Source: Bacteroidales bacterium (GTDB lineage: Bacteria; Bacteroidota; Bacteroidia; Bacteroidales; VadinHA17). From it: a stretch of DNA of 64,000 nt. Below the pieces are notes generated by a model. That model worked only from the letters and a program-made list of their open reading frames with translations. It searched no databases and was not told the DNA's origin. The stretch lies in the NCBI GenBank assembly GCA_050013475.1, contig JBEKFE010000010.1:64898-128897 (forward strand), in the 5' to 3' direction. Positions within the stretch are counted from its first letter, which is position 1. Each line of letters opens with the position of its first letter. Of the stretch, positions 27,224 to 36,940 are shown piece after piece. A program made the position numbers and the translations under genes.

Positions 27224-28192
27224 TTAAAAGACATATTGAACGAAAAGAATATATTGAGGATCTGCTCCATAGCTTTTCCCTTTCAGAGGAATTGTCACAG
27301 ACTCTCCTAATCGGAATCTTCTTATTTGAAATATCAGACGAGGTTGATATGTAAATGACCAGTGAGTATAAAGATCATTATCGGATGCGCCTTCCTCTTC
27401 TCCCTTCCACCAATATTGAAAATCCAGCTCATTTGTAAGGGCGATCCAATCATTAAGCTGAAAATTAATACTGCCGCCAGGATTAATGTCATCGCCGTAT
27501 TTGAACTTTTTTTCCTGGGTATCTCCGGCATTCATGATCTTACTCCCCTTGAAATTATAATCATAATATAAGAATGCCGTGAATGAAAAGGGATATGATA
27601 GGAGTTGTGCGTACAATCCCGGAGTAACAACAAATACCCCGTTTCCGGTAGGAGCATCATATTCATAAGAATTTACAAAATTTGTCGGGTTTTTCCTTCC
27701 TGTCGGTAATGTCAGTTCCAGCTGGCCTCTCAATGAAAATTTGTGATCTTTGGAAGGAATGATCTGGTAACTGGCAGACATAAGAATGTCGCCGAGACCT
27801 TTTGATTTGGCAGTGAAATTCCTGGAAACCATGGTATCAATGATCGGCACATATAATTTCTGATGGTAGATCTCTATGCCGTTAGTATAAGGGATCCCAA
27901 GCTCAACCATAAATCTGTCTGTAATGCCGTAATCGGTCCATAGCTGCAGATCATTGCTTGAAGACCAGCCGTTTCCCGGGAAAAATGTCTTTTTTGCAGA
28001 ACTATCAAAGTACTTATCACTAAGAGTGTAGGTATAAAATAATCCCACTCTCAGAAAGCCCTTTTGAAGCGTCAATGGTTCAGTAATGATGGTCTGTTGC
28101 TTAAGGTCTGCCGGATTAATAAGTTTTTCAGTCTGGCCGGATGCAACTGCTGAAAATATGATAAGCAGATATATAATAGATATTTTTTTCAT
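27224..28192 (-). CDS. Predicted outer-membrane beta-barrel protein (paralog A)
   Basis: 322 aa with signal peptide MKKISIIYLLIIFSAVASGQ, alternating beta-strand-like sequence and a C-terminal ...FVQYVF. The N-terminal region resembles that of the next ORF. It lies 9 nt upstream of the CHAT gene. Confidence 0.55.
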   Translation of the reverse strand: MKKISIIYLLIIFSAVASGQTEKLINPADLKQQTIITEPLTLQKGFLRVGLFYTYTLSDKYFDSSAKKTFFPGNGWSSSNDLQLWTDYGITDRFMVELGIPYTNGIEIYHQKLYVPIIDTMVSRNFTAKSKGLGDILMSASYQIIPSKDHKFSLRGQLELTLPTGRKNPTNFVNSYEYDAPTGNGVFVVTPGLYAQLLSYPFSFTAFLYYDYNFKGSKIMNAGDTQEKKFKYGDDINPGGSINFQLNDWIALTNELDFQYWWKGEEEGASDNDLYTHWSFTYQPRLIFQIRRFRLGESVTIPLKGKSYGADPQYILFVQYVF

Positions 28193-28210
28193 ATCGGAAC
28201 AATTATTCAG

Positions 28211-29278
28211 TTATTTTAAAAACGGGAACAGATTAAAGATGATAGTAGTTATCAAATAAAATGGAGCATCAATGTTCCTTCCTGAAAAAGTATATCCTGC
28301 GACCTGGTAAAGTGTCAGACTCGGAGATATCTGGATCTCAAACCCCGGCTCAACGGCAAAAAGATGTTCTTCAGGATTAGCGTATTTTGTACCCAAGTAT
28401 TCAGTCCATCCTTCAGAATTCCTGGTATAATTGCCTTTCAGCCAAACATTAAACCATCCAGCCGGCTGGTAATGAACTGAGGCATTTATCATCATCGTCC
28501 TGTCGGGAAGATACTGATAGGGAGCGCTGGAGTAAGAAAATGTCTGGCCCGTCAGAGACTCGTTCCATCTGATGTTCGTTCCCTCCTTTGTCGGATCCTG
28601 GAATGAAAAACCTGCCGTTACGGAGAACCTGGATAAGAAGAATTTCACGTCAGCCGCAACCTTATAGACAGGCACCCCAAATCCATTCTTATTGTTATAA
28701 TGATAATTAATGGTATAATTATAACTGTCGGCATAGTCTGTGATCGTATTGGAAGGCTCCGGCGGCTTGTAAGCTGCAGTCGGGAGGTAGATCCCTCCCG
28801 TAAGCATGAAATCAAAAAACTTAATATCAAAGGGTAACCTGCAGGATGCAGAAAGGAACAAGTCGCCCATACCTTTGTATTCATTCAGATAATTGAGCAG
28901 AAGCTCGCCGTTGGAATTTAACAAATAGACCGATTCTGATCTTATTCCCTGGTGCATATAGCTTGTAGCAGCATCAATTTCCAAAAAGTCCAGCAGACCG
29001 TATTTCAGATCAAGAGAATAATAATTACGTGCGGATGAATTGCCGTTAGCTTTGAGATCAATCACATCACCATTATTGTCGAAAGAACGGGATCTTACAG
29101 CAAGCATATAGCCTGCATTAACCTGTAATTGTCCTCTGTAGAGTGACAATGGCCTTTTGTTATATGGCATCGTAAGGAGAGTGTACTTATCCCTTTTTGT
29201 CGTATCTGTCTGGCTTTTTGCAGGGCAGAAGCAGATCAGCGAAAGGGCAATTACTGTAAATAGCAATTTTATCTTCAT
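28211..29278 (-). CDS. Predicted outer-membrane beta-barrel protein (paralog B)
   Basis: 355 aa with a signal peptide and Tyr/Gly/Asn-rich alternating strands. Its start overlaps the stop of the upstream propeller gene by 4 nt (ATGA). Confidence 0.55.
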   Translation of the reverse strand: MKIKLLFTVIALSLICFCPAKSQTDTTKRDKYTLLTMPYNKRPLSLYRGQLQVNAGYMLAVRSRSFDNNGDVIDLKANGNSSARNYYSLDLKYGLLDFLEIDAATSYMHQGIRSESVYLLNSNGELLLNYLNEYKGMGDLFLSASCRLPFDIKFFDFMLTGGIYLPTAAYKPPEPSNTITDYADSYNYTINYHYNNKNGFGVPVYKVAADVKFFLSRFSVTAGFSFQDPTKEGTNIRWNESLTGQTFSYSSAPYQYLPDRTMMINASVHYQPAGWFNVWLKGNYTRNSEGWTEYLGTKYANPEEHLFAVEPGFEIQISPSLTLYQVAGYTFSGRNIDAPFYLITTIIFNLFPFLK

Positions 29279-30294
29279 TTTACGGAAGTATTATCTAATG
29301 GTAAAGTATATTTTACAAGTCCTTTGCTGTACAGGCCGATCCACAAATTACCGTATTCATCATCGCCAATACAGTCGACATCATTTTCGTAGAATCCGTT
29401 ATATACCTTATAGGTGTAAGGCACGACATTGTCATATTCCACCAGGCCATCAAACCATGTTGCAAACCAGATATGACCTCTTTTATCTTCATGAATACCC
29501 CTTACATAAGATCCGGCGTCACTGTTCAAAAGTGAAAGCTGGGTGAAATTCTCCGTGGAGGTGTTCATCCAGCAGACCGTTGATCCGCCATTGGTACCGA
29601 TCCATAGTCTATTCTTGCTGTCAAGGTATAATGATTGGATATAGTTGTCTGGTAAGCCACCTGCAGTAGTGTAAATCCAAAGCTGGGTTCCGTCCCATTT
29701 TAATAATCCATTTTCTGTTCCCGCATAAATATTGCCCAGGTTATCTTCTTCAATTGTATGAACATAAGCATAATTGGAATCATAATACTGAGAATACCCT
29801 GATCCATTACTAAATATAATACCATTGCCTTCTGTTCCCAGCCAGATGGTTCCGTCAGAACCCATCTTTATAGTATTGATGACCATTGCGGGTAAATTCG
29901 GGGAAGACCAGGTACCAGAAGATGATCTTATCGAAATACCATAATAAGTTCCGATGATCATACCTCCGTCCAGAGTCGGTCCGAGAGAAGTTACCGAGTT
30001 GCTTATAATTGGACTGTTACTGGTATTGTAATATGTCCATTCACCATTATTTGATAATACGCCCACTCCGCTTCCTGAAAATGCGACCCACAGATTATTT
30101 TGCGTATCCCGTTTAATGTCACGGATCTGATTGGCCGGGAGACCTGTACTGGTACTCATGAGAGTCCAGATGCCTGCGGTGGCAGGATCTGCCAAATCAT
30201 AGATAGTCTTCTTGCACGATACCAGGCTGGCAAGAATTAAAAACACAAACGCATACTGTTTTAAAGTATGCGTCCTCCTGTTAGGTTTTCTCAT
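29275..30294 (-). CDS. Lipoprotein with two-component-regulator-propeller (Reg_prop)-like beta-propeller repeats
   Basis: 339 aa with lipobox LASLVSCKK. Repeated units are NLWVAF, TIWLGTEGNG, NIYAGTENGL, RLWIGTNGG, HIWFATWFDGL and NLWIGLYSKGL, as in periplasmic sensor propellers. There is no kinase or regulator domain. Confidence 0.7.
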   Translation of the reverse strand: MRKPNRRTHTLKQYAFVFLILASLVSCKKTIYDLADPATAGIWTLMSTSTGLPANQIRDIKRDTQNNLWVAFSGSGVGVLSNNGEWTYYNTSNSPIISNSVTSLGPTLDGGMIIGTYYGISIRSSSGTWSSPNLPAMVINTIKMGSDGTIWLGTEGNGIIFSNGSGYSQYYDSNYAYVHTIEEDNLGNIYAGTENGLLKWDGTQLWIYTTAGGLPDNYIQSLYLDSKNRLWIGTNGGSTVCWMNTSTENFTQLSLLNSDAGSYVRGIHEDKRGHIWFATWFDGLVEYDNVVPYTYKVYNGFYENDVDCIGDDEYGNLWIGLYSKGLVKYTLPLDNTSVK

Positions 30295-30610
30295 ATAGTT
30301 TCTTTTTTAAAAATATCTGCATAAAACCTGGAAAGAATATGATTTTCTGGTGTAATGTTTACAACACTTTAATTATTGTAATAAAATTACCACATAATGG
30401 AATATCATCAAAATTTTATTGGCTTTATAACTCAGGAAAATTGATGGAATCCCAGACCTGGAATGAGTTTTCTTTCAAATAGTACCTGACCCCCGCTTAT
30501 GAGTGTCAGTTTTAGGGGGCAGCTATGGTTGGGATCTGACTTTCCAAATTATATATCTAAATAATTTTATATATACCTTTAAAAACATTTGGTCTCAGAG
30601 TTATTGAGAA

Positions 30611-32794
30611 ATGGCTGAATTTTTATACACTGGTAATATCCTGAAGCGAACTTTGAAAAGGCCATTAAAAAGCCTTCCATTAATGCTGGCTTTGTTATTT
30701 AATTATTCAGTGTTTTACGGTCAGCAGGGGAAAACAGATTCACTGTTAACCCTTCTCGGCACAAAAATTCACGATACAGTGAAGCTGAGGATCCGTGCAG
30801 AAATAGGTGAGGAGATACCAATTCTGAGAATAACTTATTGGGACAGCATCAGGCAGGAAGGTAAAAGATGGAACCTGGAAAAATATGTTGCCGAGGGGAA
30901 CAACAATATGGGGGTCATTTATGATAATTTGGGCGATGAGTCGAAAGCACTTATATTCTATAGGGAAGGGTTGAAGATGAGGGAGGAGATAGGCGACAAG
31001 CATGGAATTGCTGAATCTCTGAATAATATTGCATTTCTGTCAGAAAAGCAGGGTGATGTTCCCCAGGCGCTGGAATACCACCATAAAGCCCTTAAAATTC
31101 AGGAAGAGATAAATGACGAAGACGGAATCTCAATATCTCTGAACAATATTGCGACCATTTATGAATACCAGGATGATATCCCCAAAGCGCTGGAGTATTA
31201 CCAGAAGAGCCTGCAGATCGGAGAAAACCTTCATAATAAAGATCAGATGGCAACCGCGCTTAATAACATTGGATCGCTATATCACAATCAGGCAAAGCAG
31301 AACAGACAGATGCGCCAGGCAGTAACTGATTCATTACTGAACAGGTCAATGGAATACTACACGAGATCTTTAAAGCTTTTTCAGGAGCTTAATGATAAGC
31401 GGTTAATAGCGACTCTTTATCAGAACATAGGAACAATTTATAACGATTGGAACAACCTTCCTGTTGCCCTTGACTATTTCAGGAAAAGCCTGGTACTCAG
31501 TATGGAGGCGAAAGACAAACGTGGGGTTGCCAATTCGTATTTTTATATTGGAGGCATATACCTGGATAAAAAGGAATACGGGGAAGCTTTGAATTATGAG
31601 CAGCGGGCGCTTGCTCTTTCTAAAGAGCTTGGTATTCCTAAAGATATTCGCAACATCGCAATGATATTGTCTGAAATTTACCAGACATTAAACAATTGGA
31701 GCGATGCGTTTAAGATGCAGGAACTTTATTATTCAATGAGAGATAGCATCACAAATGAAGTGACAAGAAAAGCTTCCTTAAGGCAGCAATTCCAATATGA
31801 GTATGATAAGAAGGAGTCGTTGCTTAGAGCTGAACAGGAAAAGGAACGGGCAATAGCTGAAGAGAAGAGCAGAAGGCAAAAGATCATTATCTGGTCATCG
31901 GGCGGTGGACTCATTCTGGTACTGGTATTTGCAGGTTTAATTTTGCACTCTCTGAGAATTACAAGGAAACAGAAACAAATAATTGAGGTCAAGAACAGGG
32001 AAACCGAATCACAGAAAAAGATCATTGAAGAAAAAAACAAGGATATTACTGATAGTATAAATTATGCAAGACGAATACAACAGGCTAAGCTTCCGGATCT
32101 GAAAGAAATATATTCAGCCTTTCCAAATAGTTTTATTCTTTTTAAACCCAAAGATATCGTAAGCGGTGACTTTTATTTCTTCAAGAAAAAAAATGATGCT
32201 GTTTTTATTTCAGCAGCAGATTGCACGGGACACGGAGTGCCGGGTGCATTTGTGAGCCTGATAGGCTCCGAGAAGCTTGAGGATGCAGTGTTTTTGAGTT
32301 CAGATACATCTGATATCCTTAAGCATCTGAACATTGGTGTTAAAAATTCCCTGCACCAGTTTGGGAGTGACGAATCAACCCGTGACGGGATGGATATCGC
32401 CATCTGCTCTGTCGACCTGGCAGGCGGAACTGTAAAATATGCCGGCGCCAACAGACCTTTCTGGTTAATCCGGAAAGGAAGGACTGTAATTGAAGAGATC
32501 CAGAGCACCAAAAAAGCCATCGGCGGCTTGACCGAAGAAGATCAGGGTTTCGAAACTCACATTCTTAAATTGGAGGGCGGAGATACATTCTATATCTTTT
32601 CTGACGGGTATGCTGATACATTCAATGGAGTGGAAGGTAAAAAATTGAAAACGAAAAAATTCAAGCAGATATTGCTTGAAATTCAGGATAAAGAGATGCA
32701 GGAACAGGGAAAGTATCTTGACGAATTTATAGAAAAATGGAAGGCGGGGGCTGAACAGAACGACGATATTCTGATAATCGGAGTAAGGCTATGA
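30611..32794 (+). CDS. TPR-repeat, single-TM, SpoIIE/PP2C-family protein phosphatase
   Basis: 727 aa. After the signal region comes a TPR array (LNNIAFLSEKQGDVPQALEYHHKALKI... repeated), then a TM segment IIIWSSGGGLILVLVFAGLILHSL. The PP2C blocks are SGDFYFF, ADCTGHGVPGAF, SDGY and NDDILIIGVR. Confidence 0.85.
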   Translation: MAEFLYTGNILKRTLKRPLKSLPLMLALLFNYSVFYGQQGKTDSLLTLLGTKIHDTVKLRIRAEIGEEIPILRITYWDSIRQEGKRWNLEKYVAEGNNNMGVIYDNLGDESKALIFYREGLKMREEIGDKHGIAESLNNIAFLSEKQGDVPQALEYHHKALKIQEEINDEDGISISLNNIATIYEYQDDIPKALEYYQKSLQIGENLHNKDQMATALNNIGSLYHNQAKQNRQMRQAVTDSLLNRSMEYYTRSLKLFQELNDKRLIATLYQNIGTIYNDWNNLPVALDYFRKSLVLSMEAKDKRGVANSYFYIGGIYLDKKEYGEALNYEQRALALSKELGIPKDIRNIAMILSEIYQTLNNWSDAFKMQELYYSMRDSITNEVTRKASLRQQFQYEYDKKESLLRAEQEKERAIAEEKSRRQKIIIWSSGGGLILVLVFAGLILHSLRITRKQKQIIEVKNRETESQKKIIEEKNKDITDSINYARRIQQAKLPDLKEIYSAFPNSFILFKPKDIVSGDFYFFKKKNDAVFISAADCTGHGVPGAFVSLIGSEKLEDAVFLSSDTSDILKHLNIGVKNSLHQFGSDESTRDGMDIAICSVDLAGGTVKYAGANRPFWLIRKGRTVIEEIQSTKKAIGGLTEEDQGFETHILKLEGGDTFYIFSDGYADTFNGVEGKKLKTKKFKQILLEIQDKEMQEQGKYLDEFIEKWKAGAEQNDDILIIGVRL

Positions 32795-32943
32795 TCAAAA
32801 AAGATAATCATGATCAGGTTACCGGAACCAGCAGTGCAGGATATAAGCGGCCCGGTTGTATTGTCATTTTGATATGTCCGGCCTTTGCACACTTAAGATG
32901 AATTATTGATTACTTTTGTACCACTAATAAAAATGATTTTAAA

Positions 32944-33459
32944 ATGAAAAGATCTATTGGAATCATAATGCTCAGCATTATATTATTTATAGCGGGACGG
33001 AGCCTTGGAGCGCAGAATTTAAAATTTGGATATATTAACAGGGATGAGCTTCTGAAGGCAATGCCTGATTATGATTCAGCCAGTGTTAAACTTGAGAACT
33101 TGCGAAAAGAGCTCGTCAGTCAGCTTTCATTAATGCAGGCTGAACTTGACAATAAAACTACAGCTTTTAATAACGGAAGCAATAGTCTTTCTGATGTAGT
33201 ACGTAAGAGCAGGGAGGCAGAGCTGAAGGACTTAAATAATCGTATTCAACTTTTTCAGGTTAAGGCAAATCAACAGATCAATGATAAAAATGCCGAGCTG
33301 ATTCAACCGATCCTGGCAAAAGCAGATAAAACCATCAAGGATGTTGCTAAAGAACAAGGCTTTACTATTGTGTTCGATATCGGAGCATTGTACTATTCCG
33401 ATGAAAAAAAGAGCATTAATATGCTTCCTCTGGTCAAGACTAAACTTGGACTGAAATAG
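32944..33459 (+). CDS. OmpH/Skp family periplasmic chaperone
   Basis: 171 aa with a signal peptide. It has KFGYINRDELLKAMPDY, coiled-coil Q/K/E-rich helices and a C-terminal FTIVFD block. Confidence 0.85.
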   Translation: MKRSIGIIMLSIILFIAGRSLGAQNLKFGYINRDELLKAMPDYDSASVKLENLRKELVSQLSLMQAELDNKTTAFNNGSNSLSDVVRKSREAELKDLNNRIQLFQVKANQQINDKNAELIQPILAKADKTIKDVAKEQGFTIVFDIGALYYSDEKKSINMLPLVKTKLGLK

Positions 33460-33540
33460 GGCGAGCCTTTTTGCAAAAGCCAGTCTCTGCATTTCATATC
33501 TGCTTTGTCAGACGATCAATTATACTGTGACAAATTGTAC

Positions 33541-35514
33541 TCAGTTTTTGATGATCCTGCAGATCCCAAAGGATGATTTTGTAAAGATCCGGCAGAAATA
33601 AATCCCCGGAGCAACCTCAGACCCGTTATCGCTACGCCCGTCCCAGTTAATCTGAAGTGGGCCTGTATCTATGGTTCCTTTTAATAAAGTCCTGATCTTG
33701 ATGCCATTTATCGAAAAAAGTTCAGCATAGACCGGATCTCCTTGCCGGGAAACAGACGTGATAACTGTGTTGTTTTTCATAGGGTTGGGGAATGCGGTAA
33801 CCTTAATATCATTATAAGCAGGATTCTCATTTGTGTAAGTGGCGTCATTTACCCTCACGATTGCAGTATCAAGATCACTTAAATAGATATTGTCGAACCA
33901 GATATCTTTCCCGAGAATGCCAGTCCATTCTGTCGATATTTCGAATACATCAACCCTTGTCCAGTCGAACTCGCCAACCGGATTGTACCAGGTATTATTG
34001 TCCCATGCCCCGCGTTCGGTAAATGACGTGAGAGGTATCCTTATGTGATGCCATTTGAGATCCCATGGAACCGTTGTCGGTCCGATGGTTGTACCCATCC
34101 TCCAGGGATGCTCTATACTGCCTGTTTTTACATCCCTGAACCTCATTTCGAAAATGATGCCCGGAGCGCTTCCCCTTACCATAAGATCGAGTGCATACCC
34201 GCTATTTACGAGTCGTGACAGATCCTTATCGGGAACAAAATCAAATACCAGTGCATTGTACTGACTGAACCCGTACCAGTTGAGACAAAACCGCCCCGCT
34301 TCAGGAAGGTTAGCGGAGTAAAAATCTATAGTCCCGCTGCTGTAACTGCCATTATTAATACCTGGTCCGATATAATCTCCATAAAGCATGATTCCGGTCG
34401 AATCAGGCACGATGGAGAATGGAGTTTGCGGTGGAACATTCAGACCAAGTGAGTCAAGAAGGTTCACATTCAGATCGTGCTCAAAAAGTTCATTTGATCC
34501 TTTGGTGAAAAGACCAAATCCCCCCTTGTAATCCCAGGATGTCCACGGGATGTTATTTTTCTCAAGGTACAGCCGTACAGTTTTATACCAGCTGCATCTG
34601 TCGTTGTTATTACTGTTAAGCTCATAAACGCCGAACTCGCCACAGTACAATCTGACCTTTCTCTGGCTCCTGAAGGTGATGGCATTATTTATCAATTCAT
34701 AAATCCAGGAAGGAGTTCCTATTTGTGAATAATTTTGAAGATTGCCTTCCACCCAGGTGCCTTTTAATGAGGCAGGGCAGGCGGGCATCGAAGCCGGATC
34801 ATACGGAAAAGGAACCCCGGAAAGAGGCGCCAGGGAAGGAGTAACCCAGGTTGCTCCCTGGTGTGTAAAGACCATCGGGTCATAAAAATGAAATGTATAT
34901 ATGAGGTTGGTATCAGCGTAGACGGGCAGGTATTGCAGTTCATTATATGAATTCCATCCGGATCCGCCGACCACTATTGTATGTCTGGCATCATAAGCCC
35001 TGATAGCATTTATAACCTGGCCCTGGATAGCTCCCCATTGCGACGTTGAAATACCATGAGGCTCATTAAGCACTTCATAAAGCACATAACCAGACCGGTC
35101 CTTATAATGTGACGCCATCTGTCCCCAGACTTTTATAAGAGTATCAGCTACTGATGGGACAGTACCTGTATTACTGTGATTATCTAGAATGACATGTATC
35201 TCATGTTTTTCGCACCAGGTAACGGCCGAATCAAGGAAACTGAAAAGCAAAGTATCAATTTTAAATTGCGGAGCCACTGAGATCATATGGCGAAGGTCTA
35301 TGGGAAGCCGGATCACATCACACCCCAGTGATTTTATCTCCTCTATATCTTTTTCAGTAAAAAGCGTGAACTGGATATCGGTTGCGCTGCTTACCTGAAA
35401 CCAGCCTGTAAGGTTTACACCCCGGGAGAATGTTGTCTGAGCTCCTGCCCTGGAACAGCAAGACAAGAGTGACATGATAATTATCCATTTTCCGAACCTC
35501 CGGAATGCAGACAT
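33541..35514 (-). CDS. Glycoside hydrolase family 5 enzyme with accessory beta-sandwich region and T9SS C-terminal sorting domain
   Basis: 657 aa with a signal peptide. Motifs are VLYEVLNEPHG (acid/base Glu) and LYCGEFG (nucleophile Glu). The C-terminal segment of about 80 aa, AFPNPMKNNTVITS...INWDGRSDNGSEVAPGIYFCRI, is typical of type A T9SS CTDs. Confidence 0.85.
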   Translation of the reverse strand: MSAFRRFGKWIIIMSLLSCCSRAGAQTTFSRGVNLTGWFQVSSATDIQFTLFTEKDIEEIKSLGCDVIRLPIDLRHMISVAPQFKIDTLLFSFLDSAVTWCEKHEIHVILDNHSNTGTVPSVADTLIKVWGQMASHYKDRSGYVLYEVLNEPHGISTSQWGAIQGQVINAIRAYDARHTIVVGGSGWNSYNELQYLPVYADTNLIYTFHFYDPMVFTHQGATWVTPSLAPLSGVPFPYDPASMPACPASLKGTWVEGNLQNYSQIGTPSWIYELINNAITFRSQRKVRLYCGEFGVYELNSNNNDRCSWYKTVRLYLEKNNIPWTSWDYKGGFGLFTKGSNELFEHDLNVNLLDSLGLNVPPQTPFSIVPDSTGIMLYGDYIGPGINNGSYSSGTIDFYSANLPEAGRFCLNWYGFSQYNALVFDFVPDKDLSRLVNSGYALDLMVRGSAPGIIFEMRFRDVKTGSIEHPWRMGTTIGPTTVPWDLKWHHIRIPLTSFTERGAWDNNTWYNPVGEFDWTRVDVFEISTEWTGILGKDIWFDNIYLSDLDTAIVRVNDATYTNENPAYNDIKVTAFPNPMKNNTVITSVSRQGDPVYAELFSINGIKIRTLLKGTIDTGPLQINWDGRSDNGSEVAPGIYFCRIFTKSSFGICRIIKN

Positions 35515-35625
35515 AACAGATCTCTTTTAAAACAATTTCATTTTTGAACTTTTAATGTTCGTAAATGTACCGGGAAATCCCAGTAGTCAAAATTAGGCAT
35601 TTTTCAAATAGAGTTAAGGCAGGAT

Positions 35626-36177
35626 ATGGTCAGGTTAACTCATGCATACACATATCTTCTTATTAAGTATCTTTATATCAGTAAACACTATTTTGTGTTA
35701 AATATATTGGCTATACCATTATTAATGCTCTTTCAGCAGGGACATGTGACATTTACCGGTATTGAACATGTAAATGGAACAGATTCCCTTAAAGTATCTG
35801 TCAGGATGAATTATGAACTTTTTCTTCGCGATTACCAGCAATCCGTCTTTGATGACCTGGATCTGGAGGTTTTAAGGAGTTTCAGACCATTTCCCGCCGA
35901 TCTGGCTAACAATTATCTGAATTCAAAAATATATATCTATGCAAATAAAAAACAGGTGATCGGTAAGCTGCTTAAGATGGAGGAGGTTGAAGGGGATATA
36001 AGGTTTAATATGCTATACAGGGTGGACAGGAACCTGAAGATTATTACTATGAGAAATACCCTGCTTAACGGATTATACGGTGACGTGGAAAACCTGACTA
36101 TTGTAAAGTGCAGGGATCATGAATCCGGGACAAAGTTTACACGTGAACATAATGAGGAAACCTTACATTTAAAATAA
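35626..36177 (+). CDS. Hypothetical protein, paralog 1 of a tandem pair (DUF6702-like)
   Basis: 183 aa in the track. The start is uncertain, with an in-frame GTG at 35695 giving VLNILAIPLLMLFQQGHVTFTG. It shares the architecture H-V-T...I......DSLKV..RM....F.RDY with the next ORF. The family name is tentative. Confidence 0.5.
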   Translation: MVRLTHAYTYLLIKYLYISKHYFVLNILAIPLLMLFQQGHVTFTGIEHVNGTDSLKVSVRMNYELFLRDYQQSVFDDLDLEVLRSFRPFPADLANNYLNSKIYIYANKKQVIGKLLKMEEVEGDIRFNMLYRVDRNLKIITMRNTLLNGLYGDVENLTIVKCRDHESGTKFTREHNEETLHLK

Positions 36178-36219
36178 TGATATTTAACCGGGTATTTTCC
36201 TGAACGAAATCAGATAGAG

Positions 36220-36699
36220 ATGTTAAAAGTCCTGGCATTAAATATATTTCTTTTCTTCCACCCCGTTCATGTGACACTGACATCAATAACCCAGATCCAG
36301 GACAGCGACACTTTAAAAGTATTCTTCAGGATGTATTTTGATGATTTCCAGAGAGATTATATGCTGTATTACCCTGAATTTAAACCCGGGAGGGGAAATG
36401 ATACTTCAGCCATACCCCGTGAAAAGCTGAATAAATATTTCAACGACAGAGTCAGGATTTGGGTGAACCATAAGTTACTTACAGGCAGGCTGTCAGATTT
36501 TTCAGTTGACGGTTATGAGATCCGTTTGAATCTTTTCTATCATTCAGATAAAAAACCCAGGAATTTCAGGATCAGCAATAAGATCCTGACCACTATTTAC
36601 AACGACCAGGCAAATATGGTCTATCTGAATATTGATAAATATGAGGACGCAATCAAGCTTACGGTGGATCATTCTGAGGCAGCTATCAGCATGAAGTGA
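36220..36699 (+). CDS. Hypothetical protein, paralog 2 of a tandem pair (DUF6702-like)
   Basis: 159 aa: MLKVLALNIFLFFHPVHVTLTSITQIQDSDTLKVFFRMYFDDFQRDY... It is collinear with the preceding ORF. Confidence 0.55.
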   Translation: MLKVLALNIFLFFHPVHVTLTSITQIQDSDTLKVFFRMYFDDFQRDYMLYYPEFKPGRGNDTSAIPREKLNKYFNDRVRIWVNHKLLTGRLSDFSVDGYEIRLNLFYHSDKKPRNFRISNKILTTIYNDQANMVYLNIDKYEDAIKLTVDHSEAAISMK

Positions 36700-36940
36700 G
36701 TGACCCGGTCAGAAAGCACTTGATATACAGAACCTACTTACAAGGATTTAGCACAGGCCATGGGTGGTTAATTTTTTGCGGCCAGAAATGGTACGGGTCG
36801 CCTGCTTTTCCAGTAACATTGCAAACAGGTAGGAATTAATGGAAGCCGGGATTTTGAGTAAAATTTCCTCATTATTGATACGATTCTATTATTTTTCTCG
36901 TTAATTTTACCTGACTGTTTAATACGGAGGATCATTGACC

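Noticed and set aside
36700-36934. 235-bp gap with short complementary segments (ccagtaacattgcaaacagg region), considered as an ncRNA
   Set aside because: The pairings are short and imperfect, and no known motif was recognised. The evidence is insufficient without comparative data.
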